This document shows, piece by piece, positions 29,151 through 38,922 of a stretch of DNA of 56,052 bases. A program made the position numbers and the translations under genes. Each line of letters begins with the position of its first letter. Within the stretch, counting starts at the first letter, position 1. The stretch covers positions 1 through 56,052 of the forward strand of contig JAPWTO010000001.1 of the NCBI GenBank assembly GCA_028276005.1, given 5' to 3'. The notes beneath the pieces are model-generated. The model was given only the letters and a program-made list of their open reading frames with translations, had not been told where the DNA came from and did no database searches. The stretch comes from Acidilobus sp. GTDB lineage: Archaea > Thermoproteota > Thermoprotei_A > Sulfolobales > Acidilobaceae.

Positions 29151-30027
29151 CCCTTCTCCTCCTCATGGTCTCCAAAATTCTTAGGCCGCCTGAGGTGGCG
29201 AGGACCGCAGCGCCGACGCCAGCGGGCAGAAGGGTGTCAACGACCCTTATCGCAACTAAGTAGACGGTAGAGATCTCCGCTGGGCAGCCCATGGCAGTAA
29301 GTACAGCTATGACCGTTAGGTCGAAGACGCCAGCGCCGGCGGGCGTCGGGGCCAGCGAGGATAGCCTTAGGGCCATGTATAGCGCTATTAGCTCGGCCAG
29401 GCTCAAGCTGAAGCCCAGGACCTCCAACATGTAGCCCACTTTAAAGATATCCAGTGCCAGTATGGCGGCGCTGACGCTAATATAGATGGCTAGCATCTCC
29501 TTGTCCGAGGCCAAAGCCTTAAGGCCGCCGATGAAGTCATTAAGGGCCTTCCTCGCCTTGGCGCTGACGCCGCTCTCCTGCAGCTCCACAAGGTAAAGGC
29601 TTGCGGGCAGGAGGGTCAGGTACCTGGCATACCTGAACACCAGGAGGCCAAGGACGAAGGCCCCGAGCACGACCCCCTCGCTCACCCACTCTAACGTAGT
29701 CGCGGATATGACCTTGGCCCTGTGCTCGTTCGGCACCCTGAGGTACGCAATCCTGAACGCCTCCTGCGACGCCTTGTTGCCTGGCAGGAAGACGCCTATT
29801 GGGAAACTTGACGCTATGGCCTCAAGGGCCCTTACGTATGAGACCTGAAGGCCAAGGCGCCTCAGGCCGCTCCTCCACCTCAGCCCCCAGAGGAGGGTCA
29901 GAACAAGGTTTATGGCAGAGCCTAGAGCGATGGCATAGCCTGCCAGCTTAAGGTAGTGTGCTAAGTTCAACATGTCTGTTAAGGGCGTCACTGCGGCTAC
30001 AAGGCTGAGGTCTTCGCTTAAAAGCAT
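29137..30027 (-). CDS. Flippase-like membrane protein (UPF0104 / LPG-synthase TM family)
   Basis: GLRW, FLPGNKASQEAFRIAYL, PTPAGAGVFD, IRVV. Start may be ATG 29973. Confidence 0.8.
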   Translation of the reverse strand: MLLSEDLSLVAAVTPLTDMLNLAHYLKLAGYAIALGSAINLVLTLLWGLRWRSGLRRLGLQVSYVRALEAIASSFPIGVFLPGNKASQEAFRIAYLRVPNEHRAKVISATTLEWVSEGVVLGAFVLGLLVFRYARYLTLLPASLYLVELQESGVSAKARKALNDFIGGLKALASDKEMLAIYISVSAAILALDIFKVGYMLEVLGFSLSLAELIALYMALRLSSLAPTPAGAGVFDLTVIAVLTAMGCPAEISTVYLVAIRVVDTLLPAGVGAAVLATSGGLRILETMRRRRVGKP

Positions 30028-30050
30028 TAAACAGTTTAGGCGGCACCGAG

Positions 30051-30809
30051 CTACGTATAACGTCCTCCGTTTATGTTTAGCACGTGCCCAGTTATGTTAC
30101 CTGCTGTGACCGGGTTGGCGAGGAAGTAAATGGCCTCAGCCACGTCCTCAGGCCTAGCTATCCTGTTCAGCGGGTGCAACGACAAGATCTGAGCCCTCCT
30201 GGCCTGGTCTGAGAGGACCGAGGCGGTCATGTCAGTCTCTACGAAGCTGGGCGCCACAGCGTTCACCCTGATCCCGTACTTGGCCAGCTCTATGGCGAGC
30301 TTCTTGGTGAGGCCTATGAGGCCCGCCTTGGCAGCGGCATAGGCGACGCCGGCCACAACGTTGCCCGTCTCGCCGGATATGCTGGCTACGCTAACTATGG
30401 CTGCCCAGGGGGCCTTCTTGAGCAGCGGTAGCAGGTGCTTTATGACGTAGAACTGGCCTGAGAGGTCCACCTTTATTACCTCGTCCCACCTCTCAGGGGT
30501 CAGCTCCTCTGCTGTGTAGTAGTCTATGATGCCAGCGTTGTTAACCAATACGTTGACGTAAGGCAGGGCTGATGAGAGGGCCTGGGAGAACGCCTTAACG
30601 GAGGCGAGGTCTGAGACGTCAAGCTGGTAGTACATGGCTGAGGGGGAGCCTGCCGAGAGGGCGTCGTTAATGGTCTGCTCAGCGGCCTCCCTGTTCGACC
30701 TGTACGTTATGACGACCATGTAGCCCTCCCTGGCGAACCTAAGGGCTGTGGCCTTGCCGATGCCCCTGTCACCACCCGTTATCACCACGACCTTATCCTC
30801 GCCCTTCAA
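30051..30809 (-). CDS. Short-chain dehydrogenase/reductase (FabG-like)
   Basis: TGGDRGIG, NNAG, YAAAK, VNAVAP. Confidence 0.93.
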   Translation of the reverse strand: MKGEDKVVVITGGDRGIGKATALRFAREGYMVVITYRSNREAAEQTINDALSAGSPSAMYYQLDVSDLASVKAFSQALSSALPYVNVLVNNAGIIDYYTAEELTPERWDEVIKVDLSGQFYVIKHLLPLLKKAPWAAIVSVASISGETGNVVAGVAYAAAKAGLIGLTKKLAIELAKYGIRVNAVAPSFVETDMTASVLSDQARRAQILSLHPLNRIARPEDVAEAIYFLANPVTAGNITGHVLNINGGRYT

Positions 30810-30852
30810 GGCGAACCCAAAGGGGTTACCTGGCGGTCCCGTTATTTTTAGG

Positions 30853-31680
30853 TTAGAGGTGGAGCACGCGGAAGATCATGTAGATGCCAACTAGCACTAT
30901 AATGACGCCGTAGGCCCTCTGGAGGGTCTTCTTGGGCGCCTTCACGGCGAGGCCCGTGCCTACGTAGCCGCCCGCGACGCCGCCTATGACGTAAAGGGCC
31001 GATATGAGGAACAGGGTGTCGCCGTATACAGCGTACTCAAGCCCGCTCGCCACTCCGAAGGTGCCCACGCTTATCAGCGAGGTGCCTATGGCCCTAGCTA
31101 TGCACAGCCCTGACGAGAACATGAGGGCCGGCACTATGAGGAAGCCGCCCCCTATGCCGAAGTAGCCGCTTATCAGCCCGACCAAGAAGCCAGAGGCCGC
31201 GACGATGGTAGCAACCCTTCTCGTCAGCCTTGGACACCTTGAGGCGGCCTCAAGGACTCTGTCAACTTCCTCCCTGGAGCCTGCCGAGGCCGAGTGCCTG
31301 AAGAAGCCTATGTAGACGCCCAGGACTATCATGGCTATGGCGAAGTAGAGGAGGAGGCTCTCGCCAGGAGTTATGTGGCCCAGGTAGGTGCCGAGGAGGG
31401 CCCCTATGAGGCCGACGCCGGCGAACAGCGCTCCGACCCTTGGCGCAACGTTCTTCTTCCTCAGGTGCATGTAGGAGTTTATGTAAGCGTTGATTCCCAC
31501 AGCCAGCGCCGTAGTGCCAAGGGCTACGTGGGCGGCGTTAGGAATTGAGCTAATGCCCACAAGGTAAAGTAACAGGGGGACGGCAAGTATAGAGCCCCCG
31601 CCGCCTATGAGGCCCAGGGAGAACCCAACTACCACACCTGAGACCACGGAGAGGCCGTACTGCAGCGGGGTCAGGTACAT
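30853..31680 (-). CDS. TauE/SafE sulfite exporter family protein
   Basis: Duplicated GLIGGGGSILAVP / GYFGIGGGFLIVP repeats, AIGTSL. Confidence 0.9.
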   Translation of the reverse strand: MYLTPLQYGLSVVSGVVVGFSLGLIGGGGSILAVPLLLYLVGISSIPNAAHVALGTTALAVGINAYINSYMHLRKKNVAPRVGALFAGVGLIGALLGTYLGHITPGESLLLYFAIAMIVLGVYIGFFRHSASAGSREEVDRVLEAASRCPRLTRRVATIVAASGFLVGLISGYFGIGGGFLIVPALMFSSGLCIARAIGTSLISVGTFGVASGLEYAVYGDTLFLISALYVIGGVAGGYVGTGLAVKAPKKTLQRAYGVIIVLVGIYMIFRVLHL

Positions 31681-31772
31681 TCTTTATCACCTAGACAGTC
31701 CTTTGACAGATTAAGTGTTATCAAGAGGTTTTAAGTCACTACATCTTAATTAGATATATAGATTTACTAACG

Positions 31773-32930
31773 TTAAGCTATGTCGAGGGCCCTGAGCTCC
31801 TTAAGCAGGTCATAGTAGGCAACTATCCTGCTCACGTTCTTGGTCCCCCTCGGGCCGGGCATCTTCATGAAGAACCTGTTAGTTGGAGCGTGCGTGCCGC
31901 GGACGCCCCTGTCGATCAGGGCCTTTGATATCGGTATAGCAGACGCCATCAGCCCAGCCAGGTTAGACTTATCGTTAATCCTGGCGTTGACTATTATCTC
32001 GTCCCTGAACCCGCCGAACCCTATGTACTCTATGTGCATAGAGACGAACTTCCTGTCCCCAAGGGGCTCAAGGTAGCCCGTGGGCTTTATGTAGTGCGGC
32101 GCGTCATAGCCCAGTATGTCATCAACTATGCTGCTCTTCGTTATCTCCTTTGAGTGGTTCCTCTCAGGCTCTGTCAGGCTCAGGAAGTCCGTGTTGCCCC
32201 CTATGTTGAACTGGGCTATCGAAGTCACCCTGCGCCCCCTCTCAGCTATGTGCTCCAGCAGGTCGGCCGTCAGCGGCGTGGCCCCCGTAGCAGCGTCGTC
32301 TCCGAGGACCAGGGCGCCCACCCTGTCGAAGTAGCTGACCACCCCTGGGCTGTTGGCGGCAGGCGGCGGCGTGAAGTTGACGAAGGCCACCTTATGCCCG
32401 CTCCTCCTGCTGTACTCCGCGGCGGCGTAGGCGTAGGCCATCGAGGCCCCCAGTTTGCACCTTGGGGCTAGCTTGATGAAGTCGAGCTCGCTCTCGGCGT
32501 AGCTGTAGGGCTCTGTGGTTATGACGTTAACTATTACGTCAGGCTGAAGCTTCTGAAGGGTGTTAACGACCTGCTCCACGGCGGCCATCGAGTCGCCTAG
32601 AAGGTCATCAAGGCCCAGCGCTGTCACGGGCAGGCCCCTCAGGCTGCCGCAGTGGACGCCTCGCTCAACTACTACGTCCTTCAGCGCCCTCGGAATCTGT
32701 TCATAGGGGACGAGCTTGCTGGCTATCTCATACATGTCCTTGCCGACCTTAGAGGCGTCAACGTCGAGGACCCCTACGACCTTAACGTCCTCAGGCCTGT
32801 AGGCCTTCAGGTGGTTCAGGAAGGGTATGCCCAGGGGCTCCACCTCCTTGGACTTTATCTTCTCAAGGCCTGCGAGGAAGTACGAAGAGCCCGCCCCTGC
32901 GCCTATCAGCAGCACCCTCACGGAGTTCAT
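31773..32930 (-). CDS. ino1: Myo-inositol-1-phosphate synthase
   Basis: LGDDAATGATP, QFNIGGNTDF, LGDRKFVSMHIEY, RINDK. Start probably ATG 32930. Confidence 0.92.
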   Translation of the reverse strand: MNSVRVLLIGAGAGSSYFLAGLEKIKSKEVEPLGIPFLNHLKAYRPEDVKVVGVLDVDASKVGKDMYEIASKLVPYEQIPRALKDVVVERGVHCGSLRGLPVTALGLDDLLGDSMAAVEQVVNTLQKLQPDVIVNVITTEPYSYAESELDFIKLAPRCKLGASMAYAYAAAEYSRRSGHKVAFVNFTPPPAANSPGVVSYFDRVGALVLGDDAATGATPLTADLLEHIAERGRRVTSIAQFNIGGNTDFLSLTEPERNHSKEITKSSIVDDILGYDAPHYIKPTGYLEPLGDRKFVSMHIEYIGFGGFRDEIIVNARINDKSNLAGLMASAIPISKALIDRGVRGTHAPTNRFFMKMPGPRGTKNVSRIVAYYDLLKELRALDIA

Positions 32931-33002
32931 CGGCAACACTTCCAGCATTGTTGGCAGGGCTGGCGTTATTTATACTTTCACTTCTTGAAAGTAGTTCCTA
33001 GA

Positions 33003-33284
33003 TCACTTCAGCTCCACTTCAGGCGCCGCTACCTCTGGCGTGAAGCTGATGTACTGGATCATACTGCCGCGTATCAGGACCTTCCCGAGCTTGGCCACCA
33101 CCTGCCTGCCGTCCTTGACCTCAACGGAGTTCTCAAGCAGGAGGTTCATAGTGGAGTCAGTGACCTTTAGCTGGCCTATGTACTCCGTTCCATCCTTCAG
33201 CTTGACGTATACGTTGGTATTAACGGCCTCCCTCAGGTACCTCAGGGGGTTCATGACCTTATGCGACTGGTTGCTTGACACCAC
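33003..33284 (-). CDS. Sm-like archaeal protein (SmAP/LSm)
   Basis: VYVKLKDGTEYIGQL...DSTMNLLL, VLIRGSMI. Confidence 0.93.
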   Translation of the reverse strand: MVSSNQSHKVMNPLRYLREAVNTNVYVKLKDGTEYIGQLKVTDSTMNLLLENSVEVKDGRQVVAKLGKVLIRGSMIQYISFTPEVAAPEVELK

Positions 33285-33364
33285 GGACCCCTCACGTTGT
33301 TCGTTTCATGCTGAGGGCTTTAGGACTTTAAAAGGTTAGCCTGAGGCCCATAGGGGGACCAAAG

Positions 33365-34219
33365 GTGTCGGCTGAGCTTGCCAGCGTGAGGTACGGGGAC
33401 GGCGTAGTGCTGGTCAGAGTCGAGAAGGGCATTCTGTATCTGCTCAGGGACCCCAAGGGGGACCCGATAACGCCCTCACGGCTGTTCGAGGAGTTGCCTA
33501 ACTCGATTAGGCTGCTGGAGGGCGCTCAGGCCTCAGAGCCTATAGGGGACTTAAAGCGTCAGCTTGAGCCCCCCGTGCCCAGTCCCTCAAAGATAATTGG
33601 CATAGGGAAGAACTTCAGGGAACATGCAATCGAGATGAAGTCGGAGGCGAGGCCCGTCTACTTCATGAAGGCCCCCAGCGCCCTGGTAGGACACCTCCAC
33701 GTAATTGACGTGCCTGCCTTCGTTCAGAAGCCCGACTACGAGGGCGAGGTGGTTATAGTCATAGGCAGGAAGGTTAAGCTGGCCGGAGTTAAGGAGGCCA
33801 AGGAGTCAATACTGGGCTTCATGGCCGGAAACGACGTTACTGCCAGGGACCTTCAGTACGACGTGTGCATGCCCTGGTGCCTCTCGAAGAGCCTTGACAC
33901 GTTCTCCCCGACGGGGCCTTACCTGAGGCTGATAAGCGACTACTCAGAGCTGGAGGGCCTCTGCTTAGAGACCTACCTCAACGGGGAGAGGGTCCAGAGG
34001 GGCTGCGCTAGCGATATGTCGCTTAGCTTCGCCGAGATAGTGGCTGACCTCTCTAGGTACATGACGCTTCTCCCCGGGGACCTGATATTCACAGGCACGC
34101 CGCCAGGCGTCGGCCACCCAAGGGGGCGTTACCTGAGGGACGGGGACCTGCTAGAGGTAGCTGTAAGCGGCCTCGACAGGCTCGTTAACCCGGTGAAGAG
34201 GGCTAGCCTCCGACCGTGA
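33365..34219 (+). CDS. Fumarylacetoacetate hydrolase family protein
   Basis: KIIGIGKNF, DYEGE, NDVTARD, PGDLIFTGTPPGVG. Confidence 0.93.
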   Translation: MSAELASVRYGDGVVLVRVEKGILYLLRDPKGDPITPSRLFEELPNSIRLLEGAQASEPIGDLKRQLEPPVPSPSKIIGIGKNFREHAIEMKSEARPVYFMKAPSALVGHLHVIDVPAFVQKPDYEGEVVIVIGRKVKLAGVKEAKESILGFMAGNDVTARDLQYDVCMPWCLSKSLDTFSPTGPYLRLISDYSELEGLCLETYLNGERVQRGCASDMSLSFAEIVADLSRYMTLLPGDLIFTGTPPGVGHPRGRYLRDGDLLEVAVSGLDRLVNPVKRASLRP

Positions 34220-34255
34220 CGCTTATTTAAAAGGCCCACGCCGCAGACAAGGCTG

Positions 34256-35221
34256 GTGCCAAGGTTGGAGTACGTAAAGCTTGGGAAGACCGAGGAGAGG
34301 GTCTCAAGGGTCGGGCTCGGCGCCTGGCAGTTCAGCGACGCGTGGGGCCTGACGGACTATGAGAGGGCCAAGGAGGTCATCAGGAAGGCCTACGAGCTAG
34401 GGATAACGCTCATCAACACGGCTATGGTCTACGGGGCAGGGATGAGCGAGAGGTTCATAGGTCAGGCCCTCAGGGACCTCCAGATAAAGAGGGACGAGGT
34501 GTTCATAGTGACGAAGATACCTGGGGAGTACCTTAACAGGGACGACGTATTCAGGGCTGTCAGGGGGTCCCTGTCAAGGCTTCAGTCAGACCACATAGAC
34601 GCGCTCCTGGCCCACTGGCCGCCGGCCTGGCATAACTACCCGACCTGTGAGTACGCCAAGGCCTTTGAGGCCCTGATCAGGATGGGCAAGGTCAGGTACA
34701 TAGGCCTGAGCAACTTCCCCATAGCGCTGGTGGAGGAGTTCAGGTCATGCCTGGCGAAGCACGATATAGAGATCTTCGAGATAAGGTACAACATCGTTGA
34801 GAGGAAGGCTGAGGAGGAGCACATACCGTACGCGGAGGCCAACGGGATAACTGTCCTCGCGTGGAGCCCCCTGGCCCAGGGCGCGGTCCTAGGCAAGTAC
34901 AGGCCTGAGGACGTGAGCAAGCTGCAGGACGTAAGAAGGGGTAATCCGCTCTTCAGGCCCGAGAACTATAACCAGATAGTGAAGCTCGTTGAGGCTATGA
35001 AGGAGATAGCTGAGAAGAGGGGGAAGACGCTGTCCCAGGTGGCCCTCAACTTCATCATGACGGCAAGCCCTGTGGTCGTTCCGATACCCGGCGCTAAGAG
35101 CCCGCAGCAGGTAGAGGAGAACGCAGGGGCTGCCGGCTGGTCGCTGACCTATGAGGAGTGGTCGAGGCTTGACGAGATAAGCAGGTCACTCAGGATAAGC
35201 TACGTTACCATACCGGACTGA
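34256..35221 (+). CDS. Aldo/keto reductase
   Basis: GLGAW, TAMVYG, VTK, HWP, IGLSNF, AWSPLAQG, PIPG. Confidence 0.93.
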   Translation: MPRLEYVKLGKTEERVSRVGLGAWQFSDAWGLTDYERAKEVIRKAYELGITLINTAMVYGAGMSERFIGQALRDLQIKRDEVFIVTKIPGEYLNRDDVFRAVRGSLSRLQSDHIDALLAHWPPAWHNYPTCEYAKAFEALIRMGKVRYIGLSNFPIALVEEFRSCLAKHDIEIFEIRYNIVERKAEEEHIPYAEANGITVLAWSPLAQGAVLGKYRPEDVSKLQDVRRGNPLFRPENYNQIVKLVEAMKEIAEKRGKTLSQVALNFIMTASPVVVPIPGAKSPQQVEENAGAAGWSLTYEEWSRLDEISRSLRISYVTIPD

Positions 35222-35245
35222 CCTCCTTCAGCCCTGAAGGGGAGG
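35222..35245. repeat. Intergenic hairpin resembling an IS200/IS605-type end remnant
   Basis: CCTCCTTCAG-CC-CTGAAGGGGAGG; related copy at 48771-48792. Confidence 0.4.
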
Positions 35246-35327
35246 CTTTGCCCTCTTAGGCCCTACTGTGTATGCGACGTGCTAGAGCTTTATAACTTGG
35301 ACGCGTCGTCTTCTAGCGGGTGTTTGA

Positions 35328-36443
35328 TTGTCTAGGCCAGTTCCGCTCTACGACGTTCATAAGGAGCTGGGCGCGACCTTTGGCGAGTTCGCTGGTTGGA
35401 CGGTGCCTATGTCATATACTTCTACCATAGAGGAGCACATGGCCGTCAGGCAGTCAGCGGGCATCTTCGACATAAGTCACATGGGGAGGCTGAGGCTCAG
35501 GGGACCTGACGCCGCCCAGCTGCTGGACTACGCCTTCACGAAGGCGGTCTCAGCTACCAAGGAGGGCTTCATGAGCGGCCCCACCCTAGCCCTAAACGAG
35601 CACGCCAGGGTCATAGATGACGAGATGTGGTACAGGCTGCCCTCAGGCGAGTGGCTGGCTGTGCCAAACGCCGCCGCGAGGGAGAGGATGAAGTCACACC
35701 TCTCCTGGCTCGCGGGCCTCAAGGGGCTCAAGGTAGAGATGGAGGACCTCACTGAGGCCTTATCCATGCTTGCCCTGCAGGGCCCTAAGGCCGTTGAGGT
35801 CATGAGGGCCCTGGGGGCTGACTGGGCCGCCTCCCTCAGGCCCCTGGAGTTCAGGCTCAACGTAGCCTTAGCTGGAGCTAAGGCCTTCCTCGTGAGCAGG
35901 AGCGGGTGGACCGGCGAGGACGGCTTCGAGGTGTGGGCTGAGCACGCTGACGCCGAGAAGGTGCTCAGGGCTGCCATAGTTGCTGGGGCTAAGCCGACCG
36001 GCATAGCCGCAAGGGACACCCTGAGGATAGAGATGGGCTTCGTCCTGGGGGGCAACGAGTACGGCGAGGACCCTGTCAAGTACCCCTGCGCCCTCAGCCT
36101 CAGGTACGGCATGGGCGCCATAGACTGGTCTAAGAGGGGCTTCTACGGGGAGGAGGCCCTGAGGGCTTGTCGCCGCGAGGGGCTGAGGTGGGTCAGGGTA
36201 GGGGTCGAGATGAAGAAGTCGCACGCCAGGTTCGTGCCGAGGGGCGGCTATAAGGTGCTCGTTGACGACGTCGAGGTTGGGTGGGTCACAAGCGGCACCT
36301 TCAGCCCAGTCCTGGGCAGGGGCATAGGTCAGGCCTACGTTGACACCAGGTACGCGATATTCGGGGAGACCGTGACGATAGTTGATGAGAGGGGCAGGAC
36401 TGGTGAAGGGAAGCTCGTGGACTTCCCGTTCATAAAGAAGTGA
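35328..36443 (+). CDS. gcvT: Glycine cleavage system aminomethyltransferase T
   Basis: FAGW, EHMAVR, FDISHMG, ALQGPKA, SRSGWTGEDGFE, ARDTLRIEMG. Confidence 0.95.
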   Translation: MSRPVPLYDVHKELGATFGEFAGWTVPMSYTSTIEEHMAVRQSAGIFDISHMGRLRLRGPDAAQLLDYAFTKAVSATKEGFMSGPTLALNEHARVIDDEMWYRLPSGEWLAVPNAAARERMKSHLSWLAGLKGLKVEMEDLTEALSMLALQGPKAVEVMRALGADWAASLRPLEFRLNVALAGAKAFLVSRSGWTGEDGFEVWAEHADAEKVLRAAIVAGAKPTGIAARDTLRIEMGFVLGGNEYGEDPVKYPCALSLRYGMGAIDWSKRGFYGEEALRACRREGLRWVRVGVEMKKSHARFVPRGGYKVLVDDVEVGWVTSGTFSPVLGRGIGQAYVDTRYAIFGETVTIVDERGRTGEGKLVDFPFIKK

Positions 36444-36458
36444 GCTAAGGCGGTCGCG

Positions 36459-38015
36459 ATGGCCCAGGAGGTGAAGGTCAGGGCCTTCTTCGGCAACCTC
36501 TACCTCAGCTACAAGCCCCTGGTGAAGGCTGGCGCCCTCCTCTCCGTCAACGGCCTAGTAGTCATGGCCGGCGAGCCCAAGGCCGTCGAGGGGGCCTGCA
36601 AGGCCCTCAGCGGCTGTGAGGAGGTAGACCTCCCAGGGCGGGCGGCGGGGCCCGGCTTCATAGACTCACACCTTCACCTCACGGGCCTGGGCCTCCAGTT
36701 GAACACCCTTGACCTGAGGGGCGTGAGGAGCATAGCCGAGCTGAGGGACAAGGTCAGGGCGTTCCTGCAGGAGAGGAACCCCCCTGTGCTCATCGCGAGG
36801 GGCTGGGACCATGAGAGGATGGCGGAGAGGAGGTTCGTCACTAGGTTTGACGTAGACGACCTGGTCTCTGACAGGCCCGCTGTACTCGTCAGGATATGCG
36901 GCCACGTGGGGACCCTCAACACCTACGCCATGAGGCAGCTCGGGATAGATCGCCTGAGGGGCTCCCCAGACGTAGTCGTTGATGAGAGGGGCGAGCTAAC
37001 GGGCGTCGTCAGGGAGGACGTGCTCCTTAAGGCGCTGAGGGCCCTTGAGCCTCCCCCCGAGCAGTACATGAGCTACGTGGCAGACGCCGCGAGGCTACTG
37101 CTCTCACAGGGGGTCACGACGGTGGGCTTCATGAACGTACCCCTGAGGCTCCTCACAGACCTGCTTTCGGAGGCCAGGAGGATGATGCTGAGGATGAGGC
37201 TATACCTTGACGTTGACGCCCTTGGCCTGCTGGAGGGGCTCGGCCTGGCGGGCGGCTTCGGCAATGAGTGGGTGAAGGTGATGGGAGTCAAGGTGTTCGC
37301 CGACGGCTCCCTTGGGGCCAGGACGGCGCTGCTCTCGGAGCCCTACGAGGACGCGCCCGGCGAGAGGGGGAAGCAGAACGTGAGCGTTGAGGAGTTGAGC
37401 AACATAATGTCCAGGGCCAGCAGGCTGGGGCTGGACGTCGCGGTTCATGCGATAGGCGACGGCGCCCTTGACCTCTTCCTTGCGGCCAGGGCAGCCTCAG
37501 GCGCTGGCGCAAGGGTTGAGCACGCCTCGCTGGTCAGGGACGACCAGCTTCTAGGGCTCAGGGGAGTCAGGGTGAGCGTTCAGCCCATGTTCGTAATTGA
37601 GGACAGGGGCTGGCTCAAGGGCAGGCTCGGGGCCAAGAGACTGGGGCTGGCCTACAGGTTCCGCTCAATAGTGGCCTCTGGCGCCATAGTTGGGCTCTCA
37701 ACGGATGCGCCCGTCGAGCCCACAGACCCCTGGCTGACAGTCTATGCTGCCGTCACAAGGGGTCAGGGGGAGGGCTGTGAGCTGGCCAAGGTCACGCCCG
37801 AGGAGAGGCTCACAGTCCCCGAGGCGCTGCACCTCTACACTGCGGGCTCCGCGGCGGTGCTGAAGGACCCACTCATAGGGTCGCTGACGCCAGGGCACCT
37901 GGCCGACATCGCTGTCTTCTCCCAGGACCCCCTCGAGGTCTCAGAGCCAGCTGACTTAAGGACAATAAGGAACGTCGCGACCTTCGTTGGCGGCGAGAGG
38001 GCATCAGGGCCTTGA
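36459..38015 (+). CDS. Amidohydrolase-3 (YtcJ-like)
   Basis: PGFIDSHLH, KVFADGSLGARTA, HAIGD, RVEH, STDAP. Confidence 0.9.
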   Translation: MAQEVKVRAFFGNLYLSYKPLVKAGALLSVNGLVVMAGEPKAVEGACKALSGCEEVDLPGRAAGPGFIDSHLHLTGLGLQLNTLDLRGVRSIAELRDKVRAFLQERNPPVLIARGWDHERMAERRFVTRFDVDDLVSDRPAVLVRICGHVGTLNTYAMRQLGIDRLRGSPDVVVDERGELTGVVREDVLLKALRALEPPPEQYMSYVADAARLLLSQGVTTVGFMNVPLRLLTDLLSEARRMMLRMRLYLDVDALGLLEGLGLAGGFGNEWVKVMGVKVFADGSLGARTALLSEPYEDAPGERGKQNVSVEELSNIMSRASRLGLDVAVHAIGDGALDLFLAARAASGAGARVEHASLVRDDQLLGLRGVRVSVQPMFVIEDRGWLKGRLGAKRLGLAYRFRSIVASGAIVGLSTDAPVEPTDPWLTVYAAVTRGQGEGCELAKVTPEERLTVPEALHLYTAGSAAVLKDPLIGSLTPGHLADIAVFSQDPLEVSEPADLRTIRNVATFVGGERASGP

Positions 38016-38885
38016 GGAGAGGATGACCCCGAGGCTGATCACGGCTATGAGGGCTACCTGGGGCAGAGTGAGGCCTTGGCCAAATACTAGGTAGGCCAAC
38101 ACTGAGGCGCCCGCGGGCTCAGCAGCCATCGCGACGGTCGCGGCCAGGACCTTGTTACGGCCGAGCAGGTAGTTCATGGTCGTGTGGCCTCCTATCATTG
38201 GTACAATAGCCAGCGCTATCGTGAAGTCCCACGCCGTGAGGCTGGCTGGCATGAGGAGGGCCCTTGTAGTGGTTAGGGCCAGGAGGTTCACGAGGGCCCC
38301 TGAGGAGTAAGCGACAGCCGTGTAGGCGCTCGTCGACCACCTGGACCTGATTAACTTGCCCAGCAGCACGTAACCCACCATGGCGGCCATGCCGCCCAGG
38401 CTGAGGGCCACGCCCTCCAGGCCTCCTGGCGGGTCAAGCTCCGTTAGCGCGAGGCTGACCACACCGGCTGTCGTCAGGAGGGCCCCAACCACCTCAGCTG
38501 CCGTGTACCTTTCGCCGAAGAGCGCAGCCCCCAGGGCCCAGATGAAGGCGGGGTATGAATCAACTATGGCGACGCTTACGCCGACGGGCATCAGGTACAG
38601 GCTAGTCATCCAGAGGTCGAAGTGGGCCGCGACCAGCGCCCCGCTAGCTATGGCAAGGCCTAACGTGGCCCTGTCGGACAGGCTCCTGCCCAGCTTTCTG
38701 CCATCGCTCAACGCGAAGGCCCACGTTATGGCAGCGCTGAGTAGGAGTCTCCAGGTGGCGGCGGAGGGACCGGGCAGGCCGCTAAGCAGCACAAGTATGG
38801 ACGCTGACGAGAAGCTCACGGCCATCAGAAGCACAAGTAGGTACGTCTTAGCCCTCTCGGCCGTGGCCGTTCGTGACCAGCGCAT
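38004..38885 (-). CDS. DMT/EamA family transporter
   Basis: About 10 TM segments; LFGER, EPAGASVLAYLVFG. Confidence 0.85.
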   Translation of the reverse strand: MRWSRTATAERAKTYLLVLLMAVSFSSASILVLLSGLPGPSAATWRLLLSAAITWAFALSDGRKLGRSLSDRATLGLAIASGALVAAHFDLWMTSLYLMPVGVSVAIVDSYPAFIWALGAALFGERYTAAEVVGALLTTAGVVSLALTELDPPGGLEGVALSLGGMAAMVGYVLLGKLIRSRWSTSAYTAVAYSSGALVNLLALTTTRALLMPASLTAWDFTIALAIVPMIGGHTTMNYLLGRNKVLAATVAMAAEPAGASVLAYLVFGQGLTLPQVALIAVISLGVILSSRP

Positions 38886-38922
38886 TTTTACCTGGAACCT
38901 CTTGTTCAGAGGGGGAACATAT

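Noticed and set aside
38380-38922. Apparent 474-aa fusion ORF ahead of the MBL hydrolase
   Set aside because: The extension is the antisense shadow of the EamA gene
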